Of a stretch of DNA of 64,000 bases, positions 30,779-42,200 are shown in pieces. The notes below the pieces were generated by a model, which saw only the letters and a list, made by a program, of their open reading frames with translations, did no database searches and had not been told where the DNA came from. A program made the translations under genes and the position numbers. This DNA comes from an uncultured Gammaproteobacteria bacterium. GTDB taxonomy: Bacteria > Pseudomonadota > Gammaproteobacteria > Methylococcales > Methylomonadaceae. Every line of letters starts with the position of its first letter. The first letter of the stretch is position 1. The stretch is taken from assembly GCA_963789475.1 (NCBI GenBank), contig CAWBLO010000015.1:35414-99413 (forward strand), written 5' to 3'.

Positions 30779-32140
30779 ATGAAACAAACAGTATTATTTT
30801 CCGAAACTAACTTTAACGGGCTAGCGCAATTCGACAGCTCAACGCTATTAGTCAAAATACTGGGGCTTTTTGATTCAGCGCCTGTTTATATCGTTAATAG
30901 CAATCAACAGGTTCTTTATTGGAGTCTGGGGATGGAACAATTATCAGGATTACGACGCGGAGAGGTTGTTGGCAAACCCTGTTTGCAAGAATACGTGATA
31001 ATTGATGCCGGTAACAGTCAAGGAGAGCTTGTAAAAATATCCGGGGCAGACGGGAACGAAATCGAGGTCAAAAAAGTTGTTCAGGTTTTACAGGATAAGG
31101 AAGGCGTTTTTGCCGGTGGCATAGCCTTGCTTGATGTTAAAGCAAAATCCTCGGCATTGGGATTTTTACCAAAAGTCGCTGCAAAAGTGACCAAACCGAA
31201 TTCTGAGTGCCAGAATTTTCAAGGCATATTAAGCCGTTCACCGGCCATGCGAGACGTTTTTCAGATTATTTCAAATGCCGCAGAAACAGAAGCGACTGTG
31301 TTGGTAAGAGGTGAGAGTGGAGCCGGTAAGGAATTGGTTGCAAAGGCAATCCACGATCTTAGCACTCGTCATGACGCGCCTTTTCTGGCGATAAATTGCG
31401 CGGCCTTATCCAGCAACTTGCTGGAAAGTGAGTTGTTCGGTCATGTGCGCGGCGCTTTTACCGGGGCGATTAAAGATCATAGCGGATTATTTCAACGTGC
31501 GCATGGCGGAACCTTGTTTCTGGATGAAGTGGCTGAACTTCCGCTGGAGTTACAGGCTAAACTGCTCAGAGTGATACAGGAAAGAAACTATATTCCGGTG
31601 GGCGGGGACCGGTCGATTGAGGTGGATGTCCGCTTAGTGGCCGCGACTCATCGGTCATTGAGGGAGGAAGTAAAAAGCGGGCGTTTCCGTGAAGATTTGA
31701 TGTACCGGCTAAGAGTCGTCCCTATTTTTATTCCGCCCTTACGGGAACGACGGGAAGATATTAGCTTGTTAATCTGGCATTTTATCAGCCAGCATAATGC
31801 CGCAAATTTTAGAAAAATTGAAAAAATTGAACCAGAAGCCATGCGGGTTTTGCTGGATTATGCGTGGCCGGGCAATATCAGGGAACTGCATAATGTCGTC
31901 GAATATGCTTTTGCAGTAGGTCGTGGCACGACTTTACGCTTATCTGAATTACCACCGGAATTTAGAGAGCCGCGTGCGGTTAATCAAATCCGGCAAACGG
32001 TGTCATTGTCAGCAGAAGAAGAAACTGCCGCGATTCGTCAGGCGCTGGAGCAAAGCAAAGGCATGGTCACAACAGCGGCGCAGTTGCTGGGTATGAGCCG
32101 GGCAACTTTCTGGCGTAAACGTAAGTTGTATGGTGTGTGA
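30779..32140 (+). CDS. PAS-domain sigma54-dependent activator (Fis HTH)
   Basis: [37 protein letters not shown] and C-terminal HTH. Confidence 0.94.
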   Translation: MKQTVLFSETNFNGLAQFDSSTLLVKILGLFDSAPVYIVNSNQQVLYWSLGMEQLSGLRRGEVVGKPCLQEYVIIDAGNSQGELVKISGADGNEIEVKKVVQVLQDKEGVFAGGIALLDVKAKSSALGFLPKVAAKVTKPNSECQNFQGILSRSPAMRDVFQIISNAAETEATVLVRGESGAGKELVAKAIHDLSTRHDAPFLAINCAALSSNLLESELFGHVRGAFTGAIKDHSGLFQRAHGGTLFLDEVAELPLELQAKLLRVIQERNYIPVGGDRSIEVDVRLVAATHRSLREEVKSGRFREDLMYRLRVVPIFIPPLRERREDISLLIWHFISQHNAANFRKIEKIEPEAMRVLLDYAWPGNIRELHNVVEYAFAVGRGTTLRLSELPPEFREPRAVNQIRQTVSLSAEEETAAIRQALEQSKGMVTTAAQLLGMSRATFWRKRKLYGV

Positions 32141-32388
32141 AACTTAATTTATAAAACTGCTCTACGACTACCAATCATCAGACTTATCTTCATCATAAGG
32201 CTGCGATTTAACATTATCAGGAATTTTCGGCATTTTTGCCGATCTGAGCAGAATTAATGCACTGCCTAAAACAAACAATACGGCTACTATAAACACCACT
32301 ATCCACATTTCTATGCTCCTGTTTTTTGCTTTGCCTAAGCCGGGTTAAGATAGAATATACTTTAAACCGATTATTTATTGTCATTATC

Positions 32389-33732
32389 ATGAAACAAGTT
32401 GAGCTTCTCTCTCCTGCCGGAACCATTAAAAACATGCGCTATGCCTTTGCATTCGGTGCGGATGCTGTCTATGCGGGGCAACCTCGTTACAGTCTCAGAG
32501 TGCGCAATAATGATTTTCTTGCCGATAATCTGGCTAAAGGTATCGATGAAGCGCATGCACAAGGTAAAAAGTTTTTTCTGGCTGCGAATGTGATTCCTCA
32601 CAATGCCAAAGTTAAAACCTTTATGGCCGATATTGCACCGATTATCGCCATGAAACCCGATGCCTTGATTATGGCTGACCCCGGTTTGATTATGATGACA
32701 CGGGATGCCTGGCCTGATATGCCGATACATTTATCAGTGCAGGCGAATACCGTCAACTATGCTACGGTAAAATTCTGGCAAAGCATGGGGGTTAAACGTG
32801 TCATTTTGTCACGAGAACTGTCTCTTGATGAAATTGCAGAAATCCGCCAGCGCTGCCCGGACATGGAACTTGAAGTGTTTGTTCACGGCGCCTTATGTAT
32901 TGCCTATTCCGGCCGCTGTTTGCTGTCCGGGTATTTTAATCACCGTGACCCTAATCAGGGTACCTGTACGAACTCTTGCCGCTGGAAATATGACACCCTG
33001 CCTGCTCATGAAAATGCCGAAGGCGACACGGTGCTGGATGGCGATGTGCTTTCTATGGCCGACATCAGCACCGCCAGCTGTGGCGGCGCGGAAAGACATC
33101 CGTTAGCGGATAATATTTATTTCCTGGAAGAAGAAGGCCGCAAAGGGGAACTGTTACCGGTCATGGAAGATGAAAACGGTACTTATATCATGAACTCCAA
33201 GGATTTAAGAGCCATAGAACATGTGCAACGATTAGTTGATATTGGCATAGACAGTCTTAAAATCGAGGGCCGCACCAAGTCGCATTATTACGTTGCCCGC
33301 ACGGCGCAAACTTATCGTCAGGCGATTGACGATGCACTGGCAGGTCGTGCATTTCAACCGGAACTTATCGGCATTCTGGAAAACCTCGCCAATCGCGGCT
33401 ATACCGATGGCTTTTATCAACGCCACCATACCCACGAACAACAAAACTATATCAGCGGCTATTCCAAAAGCCATCAACAGCAATTTTGCGGTGAAATCAG
33501 AAGTTATGATCCGGCAACCGGACTGGCTATTGTTGATGTAAAAAATAAATTTTCGGTTGGCGATAAACTGGAACTCATTCTGCCGGAAGGCAATCAGGAC
33601 ATTACTGTCGAGCGCATGGAGAATATGCAGGGTCACACTATGCAAGAGGCCTCCGGCGGCGGTTATGAAGTTAAAATACCGTTGCCGGAAATTCACAGTG
33701 TTAATGGACTGCTGGCGCGTTATACTAACTGA
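32389..33732 (+). CDS. trhP: U32-family tRNA hydroxylation protein TrhP (YegQ)
   Basis: ELLSPAG, YAGQPRYSLRVRNN, HGALCIAYSGRCLLS and SLKIEGRTKS motifs. Confidence 0.93.
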   Translation: MKQVELLSPAGTIKNMRYAFAFGADAVYAGQPRYSLRVRNNDFLADNLAKGIDEAHAQGKKFFLAANVIPHNAKVKTFMADIAPIIAMKPDALIMADPGLIMMTRDAWPDMPIHLSVQANTVNYATVKFWQSMGVKRVILSRELSLDEIAEIRQRCPDMELEVFVHGALCIAYSGRCLLSGYFNHRDPNQGTCTNSCRWKYDTLPAHENAEGDTVLDGDVLSMADISTASCGGAERHPLADNIYFLEEEGRKGELLPVMEDENGTYIMNSKDLRAIEHVQRLVDIGIDSLKIEGRTKSHYYVARTAQTYRQAIDDALAGRAFQPELIGILENLANRGYTDGFYQRHHTHEQQNYISGYSKSHQQQFCGEIRSYDPATGLAIVDVKNKFSVGDKLELILPEGNQDITVERMENMQGHTMQEASGGGYEVKIPLPEIHSVNGLLARYTN

Positions 33733-33802
33733 ATGAGTTATAAGGTTAAGGAATGGAAATAAAATAACTCGGACAATAAAATCAATACAAAAGAATTTTA
33801 TT

Positions 33803-34351
33803 ATGAACAGAAAAAATACAGGATTGCACAAATTATTCGGCGCAATCTTTTTAAGTTTGTTCAGTGTTGGCGTATGTGCTGAAACAAGCATCGCTATATT
33901 GGATTTTGAATTAAGTGATGTAACGCTCGCTCCCGGAATTCCTGCTGAAATTGAAAGAACGGCGAGTATAAAGGCTATGCTGGAAGGTGAATTAAAAGGT
34001 GCAGGGTATAAAATCATTGCTGTTGACTTAAATGCTCAACATGAAGCCAACGGCGGTTTTGGGTATCTTTTTAACCACAATGATGTTGCCGCAGAACTTG
34101 CGAATAAAGCCGGGGCTGATTATGTATTGGTTGGCAGACTGCATAAACCAAGTTTTTTATTCGCTTACCTGATGGGGCATTTAATTAAGACCAATGACGG
34201 TGGATTGATAGAGAATTATGTGGTAGAAACAAAAGGCGGGGATAAAAAATTAACGCTAAAAGCCGTAGAAACGCTTGCATCAAAGATAGATGAAAACCTG
34301 GATAATATTTACACGCCACCACCCCCTGTCAAGACAGTTCATACAAAATAA
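33803..34351 (+). CDS. DUF3280/DUF2380-family periplasmic protein
   Basis: IAILDFEL.D, GFGYLF and HKPSFLFAYL; paralog of 6750-7250. Confidence 0.75.
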   Translation: MNRKNTGLHKLFGAIFLSLFSVGVCAETSIAILDFELSDVTLAPGIPAEIERTASIKAMLEGELKGAGYKIIAVDLNAQHEANGGFGYLFNHNDVAAELANKAGADYVLVGRLHKPSFLFAYLMGHLIKTNDGGLIENYVVETKGGDKKLTLKAVETLASKIDENLDNIYTPPPPVKTVHTK

Positions 34352-34400
34352 AGAATATGCCTTGGTACCTTGCGCCTTTTATCCCTTCGAGATTTAAACC

Positions 34401-34886
34401 ATGACTTTTACTACTGCCAATCTTTGCGATGCCCACTCAGGAGAGGATCACTTCCAGATTGCCGAGCCTCTATTCATGTCTTATGGGGCTAACCCGGTCT
34501 TTTCCGGTCAAATCACCACACTAAAAACGTTTGAGGATAACGTTTTGGTCAGAACAGTGCTGGAAGAAAAAGTAGAAAACAGGGTATTGGTCATTGATGG
34601 CGGAGGATCGCACCGGTGCGCTCTGGTAGACATTAATCTGGCAACGCTTGCTATTGATAATGGTTGGCAAGGTATTGTTGTTTATGGCTGTATTCGGGAT
34701 TCTGCATTGATAGCCGGGCTACCGATCGGCATCCGCGCTTTGCATACACATCCCTTAAAAAGCCATAAAAAAGACCGTGGCGATCGCGACTTATTGGTCT
34801 CTTTTGCCGGTGTCAATTTCAAAAAAGATCATTTTTTATATGCTGATATGGACGGAATTATCGTATCAGCAACGATGTTGAGTTAA
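34401..34886 (+). CDS. rraA: RraA-family protein (RNase E inhibitor/HMG aldolase-like)
   Basis: TANLCD, FEDN, VLVIDGGGS and GCIRD motifs. Confidence 0.88.
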   Translation: MTFTTANLCDAHSGEDHFQIAEPLFMSYGANPVFSGQITTLKTFEDNVLVRTVLEEKVENRVLVIDGGGSHRCALVDINLATLAIDNGWQGIVVYGCIRDSALIAGLPIGIRALHTHPLKSHKKDRGDRDLLVSFAGVNFKKDHFLYADMDGIIVSATMLS

Positions 34887-34922
34887 AATAATCCCAAATT
34901 AACCTAGTAAAGAAGTCAAGAT

Positions 34923-36041
34923 ATGCAAATTGTACTCGCTAACCCACGTGGATTCTGTGCCGGTGTAGACCGCGCCATTGAAATTGTTGACCAGGCTCTC
35001 GAAACCTTTGGTGCGCCGATTTATGTTCGTCATGAAGTTGTTCATAACCGCACAGTAGTTGATGGCCTTAAAGAAAAGGGCGCTATTTTTATTGAAGAAT
35101 TAACTGATGTACCAGTGGGTTCTTACCTGATTTTCAGTGCCCACGGTGTTTCCAAACAAGTACAGAAGGAAGCAAAACAACGCAAATTAACCGTCTTTGA
35201 TGCGACCTGCCCGCTGGTGACTAAAGTTCATATACAGGTTGCCAAGCATGCAAAATCAGACCGGGAAGTGATTCTCATCGGTCACGCCGGACACCCGGAA
35301 GTTGAAGGCACAATGGGGCAATATGAAAAATGCACTGAAAATGGTGGCATTTACTTGGTAGAAACTCCGGCAGATGTTGAAAGGTTAGTCGTTCATAACC
35401 CGGATAATCTGGCTTATGTAACACAAACCACCTTATCAATGACGGATACCAAGATTATGGTAGACGCCTTGAGAGAACGTTTTAAATCTATTCAGGAACA
35501 GAAAAAAGACGATATCTGTTACGCCACCCAAAACCGCCAGGATGCGGTGTATGAACTGGCAAAAACCGCTGATACCATTCTTGTGGTGGGTTCGATCAAC
35601 AGCTCCAACTCCAACCGTTTACGAGAGATTGCCGAACAACTTGGTAAAAAGGCTTATCTGATTGATACGGCAAGCGATATGCAGCAAAGCTGGTTTGATG
35701 GCGTTGATGTTGTCGGCGTTACTGCCGGAGCCTCTGCCCCGGAAGTACTGGTGCAGGAAGTCATCAGTCAGTTAAAACAATGGGGTGGTAAATCAACCAT
35801 TGAGATTCAGGGCATAGAAGAAAAAGTCGTATTTTCCTTGCCTAAAGGCTTGAAGAAAGAAAAAGAGCTTGAGTGCAAACTGAACTCGAAACCATTCGCC
35901 TGGATAAATGGTTATGGACTGCGCGTTTTTTTAAAACGCGCAAACTGGCTGCTGAGGCTATTTCCGGCGGTAAAGTTCATGTTAACAATCAGCGCACAAA
36001 ACCGGGGAAAGACATCAAGCCCGGTGCTTTGCTCTCCATAA
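34923..36041 (+). CDS. ispH: 4-hydroxy-3-methylbut-2-enyl diphosphate reductase (native end probably near 35872)
   Basis: [28 protein letters not shown] and GASAPE motifs. Read-through over hslR is probably an indel. Confidence 0.95.
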   Translation: MQIVLANPRGFCAGVDRAIEIVDQALETFGAPIYVRHEVVHNRTVVDGLKEKGAIFIEELTDVPVGSYLIFSAHGVSKQVQKEAKQRKLTVFDATCPLVTKVHIQVAKHAKSDREVILIGHAGHPEVEGTMGQYEKCTENGGIYLVETPADVERLVVHNPDNLAYVTQTTLSMTDTKIMVDALRERFKSIQEQKKDDICYATQNRQDAVYELAKTADTILVVGSINSSNSNRLREIAEQLGKKAYLIDTASDMQQSWFDGVDVVGVTAGASAPEVLVQEVISQLKQWGGKSTIEIQGIEEKVVFSLPKGLKKEKELECKLNSKPFAWINGYGLRVFLKRANWLLRLFPAVKFMLTISAQNRGKTSSPVLCSP

Positions 36042-36268
36042 GTAAAGATGGACTGCGCTGGGATATCACCATTACCGCCCTTTCCAATCAACGACGCCCG
36101 GCAAAGGAAGCGGTTTTACTCTATGAAGAAACAGCTGAAAGTCTTGCAAAACGCCAACAACAAATGATTCAACAGCGTGAACAGCGCGAACACTTCGATT
36201 TCAGCGGCCAGGATCATAAACCGAATAAAAAGGAAAGACGATTGATACATCGTTTTAAACAGGTGTAG
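35873..36268 (+). CDS. hslR: Ribosome-associated heat shock protein Hsp15 (S4 domain)
   Basis: [22 protein letters not shown] and KPNKKERR motifs. Confidence 0.93.
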   Translation: MQTELETIRLDKWLWTARFFKTRKLAAEAISGGKVHVNNQRTKPGKDIKPGALLSISKDGLRWDITITALSNQRRPAKEAVLLYEETAESLAKRQQQMIQQREQREHFDFSGQDHKPNKKERRLIHRFKQV

Positions 36269-36288
36269 AACGCGATTTAATTTTTAAT

Positions 36289-36342
36289 TCACCACGAAGA
36301 CACGAAGACACGAAGAAATAAAACTTCGTGTCTTCGTGGTGA
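36289..36342. repeat. CACGAAGA short tandem units with inverted copy (hairpin; possible bidirectional terminator)
   Basis: TCACCACGAAGACACGAAG...CTTCGTGTCTTCGTGGTGA between convergent genes. Confidence 0.75.
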
Positions 36343-36370
36343 TAAAGTTTTTTATTAATGATAAGTTACG

Positions 36371-36703
36371 TTACAAACAAGTCGGCGGCTTAGGTAGTCC
36401 TGCCAGCTTGCAGGCATATTTCAACGGACCCTCGGGAAACAAAAGATGTAAATACCGACTGTTGCCTTTTACCTCACCTAATTCCTTGGCAATGGCTTTA
36501 GTAAATACGCGTGCATTCGGCAGGTGCTTATATTGCTTATAATAATGACGAATGAACAAAATAATTTCCCAGTGTGCGTCAGTCAATGGAATATTATTTA
36601 ATTCAGCTAGCTGTTTGGCGACCGCTTCATTCCAGTCGGTTGCATTGATTAAAAAACCCTGATCGGTTATCTCCAGGCAGACATTATTAACTATCAAAAC
36701 CAT
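36371..36703 (-). CDS. tusE: TusE/DsrC-family sulfur relay protein
   Basis: DQGFL, LTDAHWEII, LFPEGP and AGLPKPPTCL with C-terminal Cys. Confidence 0.9.
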   Translation of the reverse strand: MVLIVNNVCLEITDQGFLINATDWNEAVAKQLAELNNIPLTDAHWEIILFIRHYYKQYKHLPNARVFTKAIAKELGEVKGNSRYLHLLFPEGPLKYACKLAGLPKPPTCL

Positions 36704-36984
36704 GATTGAATCACCGGATTTTTAACGGTTAACCTGACCAACTCCGAATAATCAATTACCTCAATACCGTTAACCAATTCATCTGCAACGATACCTCTAA
36801 CCTCAATATCCTCGACCAAAACATAAAGACGATTTTGCTTAAGCAACTGCGTCAAGGTATCGCTTAAACTGCCTTTTTGCAGGATGCGCAGAACTGCGTT
36901 TTCAAGGAACACCACATCATCGCCTGAATCAATCCGTTCCAGAATAGCGATATCAATGGGCGACTGAAAAATAAGGTGCAGCAT
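36694..36984 (-). CDS. tusB: TusB/DsrH sulfur relay protein
   Basis: MLHLI.QSP, EDIEVRG and IDYSELV.L motifs ending SW. Confidence 0.88.
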   Translation of the reverse strand: MLHLIFQSPIDIAILERIDSGDDVVFLENAVLRILQKGSLSDTLTQLLKQNRLYVLVEDIEVRGIVADELVNGIEVIDYSELVRLTVKNPVIQSWF

Positions 36985-36985
36985 G

Positions 36986-37312
36986 TTACTGGCTATCCGT
37001 TAATTTAAGCCCGATAATCCCGGCAATCACTAAAGTAATAGAAAACAACCGGTACCAATCGACTGATTCTTTGAATAAAATGATGCCCAGTATAGCCACA
37101 CCAACCGCTCCCATGCCTGTCCAAACAGCATAGGCCGTGCCTATCGGCAAAGTTTTGAGCGCCCACATTAACAGACCAAAACTGCCAATCCCTGATATTG
37201 CAGTTATTACGCTGGGCCAAAGTTTGGTGAAGCCCTGGTTATATTTAAGACTTAAAGCAAAAATGATTTCTATCAAACCCGCAGAAAATAAAAGCAACCA
37301 CGCCATGAACAT
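36986..37312 (-). CDS. sugE: SMR-family exporter (SugE/Gdx-like)
   Basis: AGLIE, GFTKLWPS and LPIGTAYAVWTGMG motifs. Confidence 0.85.
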   Translation of the reverse strand: MFMAWLLLFSAGLIEIIFALSLKYNQGFTKLWPSVITAISGIGSFGLLMWALKTLPIGTAYAVWTGMGAVGVAILGIILFKESVDWYRLFSITLVIAGIIGLKLTDSQ

Positions 37313-37409
37313 CCCCTTTCTTTGTGCATAAAATATTTATTATTTTACAATAGTTTGCTCAATAATCTCGCACGCTTGTTCTGGCTTGTGCTTGAAAGGC
37401 CTACAGGGC

Positions 37410-38990
37410 CTACGCTATTTTTTCTAATACCAGATTCGCGGCCAGCCGTCCTGTTTGTGCGCCGCCGTTCATAAAGCCATAATAAGCATCGCTTAGATGT
37501 TCGCCGGCAAATATCAAATTACCGGCGTTAACTTGTTGGCGTTCATCCGGAATATCAGATTCTATCCAGAACAAACTTCCGAATCGGGTCAACTGCCCAG
37601 GTTTATAATTCGCATACCCTCCCATCGTTAAAGAACTCTTTGTCCAACCACTTTTAATAAATTGACCGGTAGCTGCATTTGAAGCGCCAGGAATGAATTT
37701 ATTTAGACTGGATACGAATTGATTACCTAAATTATTGGCATCTCCTAAATGATGTGCCTGATCGCCGCCCAGGAAAAAATTAAGGGCTCCGTCAGTACGA
37801 GTCGACTGCCGCTGGGTTGCATCCCAGACCTCGGAAAAGCCTGAATCGCTCCATGCTGCATTAGTAAATCCTCCCATTGTTCGCCAAAAACGTGTTGAGA
37901 ACCTGCCAATGACTTTTTCGTTTGATCCCAATTTGGCTTCATTGATAAAACGGCGCAAAAGTTTAGGCAACGGCGCATTAATCAGAACGCCACTCAAAAC
38001 AGGGAAAGGAATGGCAACAATCACTATGTCTGCATTAACTGTGGTTTGATTGGCAAAAGTAAGCTGAAATTTTGAAGCCCGTTTTTTAATTTCTGTAAGC
38101 TTCATACCCAGCTGGATTTGACCATCCAATTTTTCGCCAATAGCATCTGTAATCCGGGCGCTGCCGCCGATAACAGAATAAACTTCATCACTGTAGCTTA
38201 ACAATTCAACGGTTTGTCCCGCAATGACAGGAAGGACAAGTATGAATTGTATCGCTGAAGATTCATGAGGCTCGGCCCCATATTCGGTGCGCATAACATC
38301 TTTAAATAACTCAAAAATATAGGGCTTACTAATCTTGTCTGCATGTAAAGCCAGATAGTCTGCTACAGAAAGCTTATCAAAACGTGGTGCATAAGTGTCC
38401 CAATCCTCATCTAGAAACGCTGCATCTTCCGTAATCTGTGCAGCGATTAAGCGTAAATCATCAGCTAAATCGGATTCACTGTAACTAACACCATCAAAGT
38501 AATAAGCTTCTTTAGGAAAAGGCAATTTTTCTGCATCTTTCACTCTATTAAATAACTTAATGTGAAGTTCTTTAACCAACGCCAACATATCATTATGGTC
38601 GGTATTGACGAGTTCGGCACCCAAATCAACAATCAGGCCATCACCCATATCAGCAGAAAGCATCCGCCCTCCTATTCGTGATCGGGCCTCATAAATGGTA
38701 GCGGAAAGGCCCGCTTTTTTGAGTTGATATGCAGCGTTCAACCCGGCAATTCCGGCACCTATAATGGCAATACTGGGTGTGGTTGATGTTTCTGCATCCG
38801 TAGGAAAAGACAGGTAACCGCTGACTAAACCCGCTGCTCCAACAGCCGTTGTTGATTTGATGAATTTTCGTCGTGTCCATTGATTTGCAGTATAAGGCAA
38901 TGGAGGCGGTAAATCTTGTGCTTTCAGGATTTCCCGTCTGGCTGTTTGCAGGGCGAGAACCAGCTTTCGAAATAGAAGGGTACGAGCCAT
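37410..38990 (-). CDS. Flavin monoamine oxidase family protein with Tat-like motif
   Basis: TRRKFIK, GAGIAGL..YEA..RIGGR and FAGEH..GFMNGG..TG motifs. Confidence 0.88.
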   Translation of the reverse strand: MARTLLFRKLVLALQTARREILKAQDLPPPLPYTANQWTRRKFIKSTTAVGAAGLVSGYLSFPTDAETSTTPSIAIIGAGIAGLNAAYQLKKAGLSATIYEARSRIGGRMLSADMGDGLIVDLGAELVNTDHNDMLALVKELHIKLFNRVKDAEKLPFPKEAYYFDGVSYSESDLADDLRLIAAQITEDAAFLDEDWDTYAPRFDKLSVADYLALHADKISKPYIFELFKDVMRTEYGAEPHESSAIQFILVLPVIAGQTVELLSYSDEVYSVIGGSARITDAIGEKLDGQIQLGMKLTEIKKRASKFQLTFANQTTVNADIVIVAIPFPVLSGVLINAPLPKLLRRFINEAKLGSNEKVIGRFSTRFWRTMGGFTNAAWSDSGFSEVWDATQRQSTRTDGALNFFLGGDQAHHLGDANNLGNQFVSSLNKFIPGASNAATGQFIKSGWTKSSLTMGGYANYKPGQLTRFGSLFWIESDIPDERQQVNAGNLIFAGEHLSDAYYGFMNGGAQTGRLAANLVLEKIA

Positions 38991-39092
38991 AATAATTTCC
39001 TCAAGTTGAATTTTAGAGAAGCGCGAAGGGTAACAAGCACGAGTAGCCTGTCCGAGAATACAAAAACAATACCCTATATTGTAGCTAATGTA

Positions 39093-39143
39093 GCCGGAAA
39101 CGCTTGTTTTCGCTGACGCTTGAAAAGTCTTATTTCGGCCTAC
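39093..39143 (-). repeat. Single GTAGGCCGGAATAAG-family REP arm
   Basis: Approximately the reverse complement of 46523-46563. Confidence 0.7.
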
Positions 39144-39295
39144 AATACGTAAAGTAGTGTAGCTTAATTCAACACTCTATATCCTCAAAATGCAGATGTC
39201 AGCCTGTGAGAATAGGCGTAAAATTAGGTATTCTCTAAATCTCATGCAGAATATAGGGTAGTTACACTTCTTTTTGTTCATCACAGGGCTGTCTA

Positions 39296-42200
39296 ATGCA
39301 AAATCAGCAAACACTTACAATCGATGGAAATCAGGCTGCCGCTACGGTAGCGCATAAACTTAACGAAGTCATCGCGATCTATCCCATAACCCCGTCATCC
39401 AATATGGGGGAATGGGCCGATGAATGGTCATCTCGCGGGCAGGTCAATTTATGGGGGACGGTACCGCAAGTAACGGAAATGCAAAGCGAGGCCGGTGCCG
39501 CTGGAGCCATCCACGGCGCATTGCAGGCCGGATCGATGGCAACGACGTTTACCGCTTCACAGGGCTTGCTGTTGATGCTGCCCAACATGTACAAAATTGC
39601 CGGCGAATTAACACCGACGGTGTTTCATATTGCCGCCCGTTCGCTGGCTTGTCAGGGCTTGTCGATTTTTGGCGACCATAGCGATGTCATGTCGGCGCGG
39701 ATGACGGGTTTCGGCATGCTTTGTTCCAATTCACCGCAGGAAGTGATGGATATGGCGCTGATCGCCCATGCCGTAGCCCTGGAAAGCCGCATTCCGCTTA
39801 TGCATTTTTTCGACGGTTTTAGAACCTCGCATGAGGTTGCCAAAATCACTACGCTGGATGACTCGGTATTGCGGGCCATGATTAACGAAGAATGGGTTAC
39901 CGCGCACCGGAGCCGCGCCTTGACGCCCGATAAACCGGTTCTGCGTGGAACCGCCCAGAATCCTGATGTGTATTTTCAGGCGCGGGAAACGGTCAATCCC
40001 TTTTATGACGCGATGCCGGGGATAGTGCAAAGCGCAATGGATAAATTTGCCGGGTTGACGGGCCGCTCTTATCGCTTGTTTGACTATCAGGGTTCACCAC
40101 AGGCGGAGCGCGTTATTGTCATAATGGGATCAGGCGCGGAAGCGGTAGCGGAGACGCTCGATTATCTTAATCGTCAGGGTGAATCGGTGGGCTTGCTTAA
40201 AGTGCATTTGTACCGGCCTTTCGATGCAAAGAGTCTGTTAGCGGCGATTCCGTCCAGCTGTAAAAAAATCGCCGTGCTGGATCGCACCAAAGAACCGGGC
40301 GCGGATGGCGAACCGTTGTATAAGGATGTCCTTGGCGCTCTCGCTCAGGATTTTATCAGTGGCGAATCCAGGTTTACCGAACTACCGAAGGTCGTTGGCG
40401 GCCGTTACGGTCTTTCTTCCAAGGAATTCACGCCTGGCATGATCAAGGCGATTTTTGACGAATTGAAACAGGCGCAACCGAAAAACAATTTCACTATCGG
40501 CATATACGACGATGTCACGCACACCAGTCTGGATTGGGATGCGAGTTATCGCACCGATGCGCTCGCCGAAACGTTTCAGGCCATGTTCTATGGCTTGGGC
40601 AGTGATGGCACGGTAAGCGCCAATAAAAACACCATTAAAATTATCGGCGAAGCGACCGAGTTGTTCGCTCAGGGTTATTTCGTTTATGACTCGAAAAAAT
40701 CCGGCGCAATTACCGTCTCGCATTTGCGCTTCGGCCCTAATCCGATCCGCTCCACTTATTTGATTGGTGAAAACGACGCCAACTTTATCGGCTGCCATCA
40801 GACGATTTTTCTGGAACGTTATGACATGCTCGCCAATGCGGCGGAAAACGCGGTATTTTTACTGAATACGCCGGAGCCGGTCGAACAGGTTTGGGAGTCT
40901 TTGCCTGCAAAAATGCAGCAGCAGATGATAACCAAAAAAATCCGTTTCTATGTCATTGACGGCTATGCTGTTGCTGAAAAAAGCGGCATGGGCAAGCGTA
41001 TCAATACCATTATGCAGACCTGTTTCTTTGCCATATCCGGCGTGTTGCCGCAGGATCAAGCCATTCCCGCGATTAAATACGCGGTCGAAAAAACTTATGG
41101 TAAAAAAGGGCAGCGTATCGTCGAACTGAATTTCAAGGCGATCGATGAAACCCTGGCCAGTTTGCATGCCGTCCCGTTGCCAACGAAGGTAAGCAGTCAA
41201 TTCGATATCATGTCCATGATTAGCGATGCCGCGCCCGAATTTGTTAAACGGGTAACCGGTGAAATTATTGCAGGTCGTGGCGATGCGTTGCCGGTTAGCG
41301 CCATGCCGATTGATGGCACGTTTCCAACGGGTACGGCCGCTTATGAGAAACGCAATTTAGCCCTGGAAATTCCGGTTTGGGAAACCGATTTGTGTACCCA
41401 ATGCGGTAAATGCGCCATGGTGTGTCCGCATACTGCCATCCGCAGCAAGATTTTTTCAACCGATGTTTTGGCCGATACGCCCGAAACGTTTAAACATCAG
41501 CTGATGCTGGGTAAAGATTTTCCGGCGGGCTTGGCAATGAGCTATCAGGTAGCCCCGGAAGATTGCACAGGCTGTAGTTTGTGTGTTGATATTTGCCCGA
41601 TCCGGGATAAATCCAACGCCAGCCGCAAAGCCTTGAATATGCGGCCCCAGCCGCCGCTACGCGAAGCAGAGAGCGTAAATTGGGATTTCTTTTTATCCAT
41701 CCCTGAATATGACCGGCGTTTATTGAAAACCAACACCATTAAAGGTGCCATGGTTCTCCAGCCTTTGTTTGAGTTTTCGGGCGCTTGCGTGGGTTGTGGT
41801 GAAACGCCTTACATAAAATTGGCTTCGCAGTTGTTTGGTGATCGTATGGTGATTGCGAATGCAACGGGCTGTTCTTCTATATATGGCGGTAATCTGCCAA
41901 CGACACCCTGGACTAAAAATGCCGAAGGTCGCGGGCCTGCATGGAGCAATTCCTTATTCGAAGACAACGCGGAATTCGGCTTGGGGATGCGGGTCGCCCT
42001 GGATAAACAAAACGAATACGCCAGAGAATTGGTGACCTCATTGCGCGATCAAATAGGTGGCGAATTGGCCGATGCCATTCTTGAAGCTGACCAGTCCGAT
42101 GAAGCGGGTATTTACGAGCAACGCGAGCGGGTAGTGACGCTTAAACAAAAGCTGCAATCCTTGACCAATCAGGTCGGCCAATCCGCCGAAACCCTACTCC

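Noticed and set aside
33232-34017. Long antisense ORFs (for example 33232-34017, 21138-21734, 55066-55620, 2758-3297)
   Set aside because: They lie opposite well-supported genes and lack motifs.
36289-36342. Mini-CRISPR from CACGAAGA repeats
   Set aside because: 8-bp units without spacers; a short tandem and inverted repeat.
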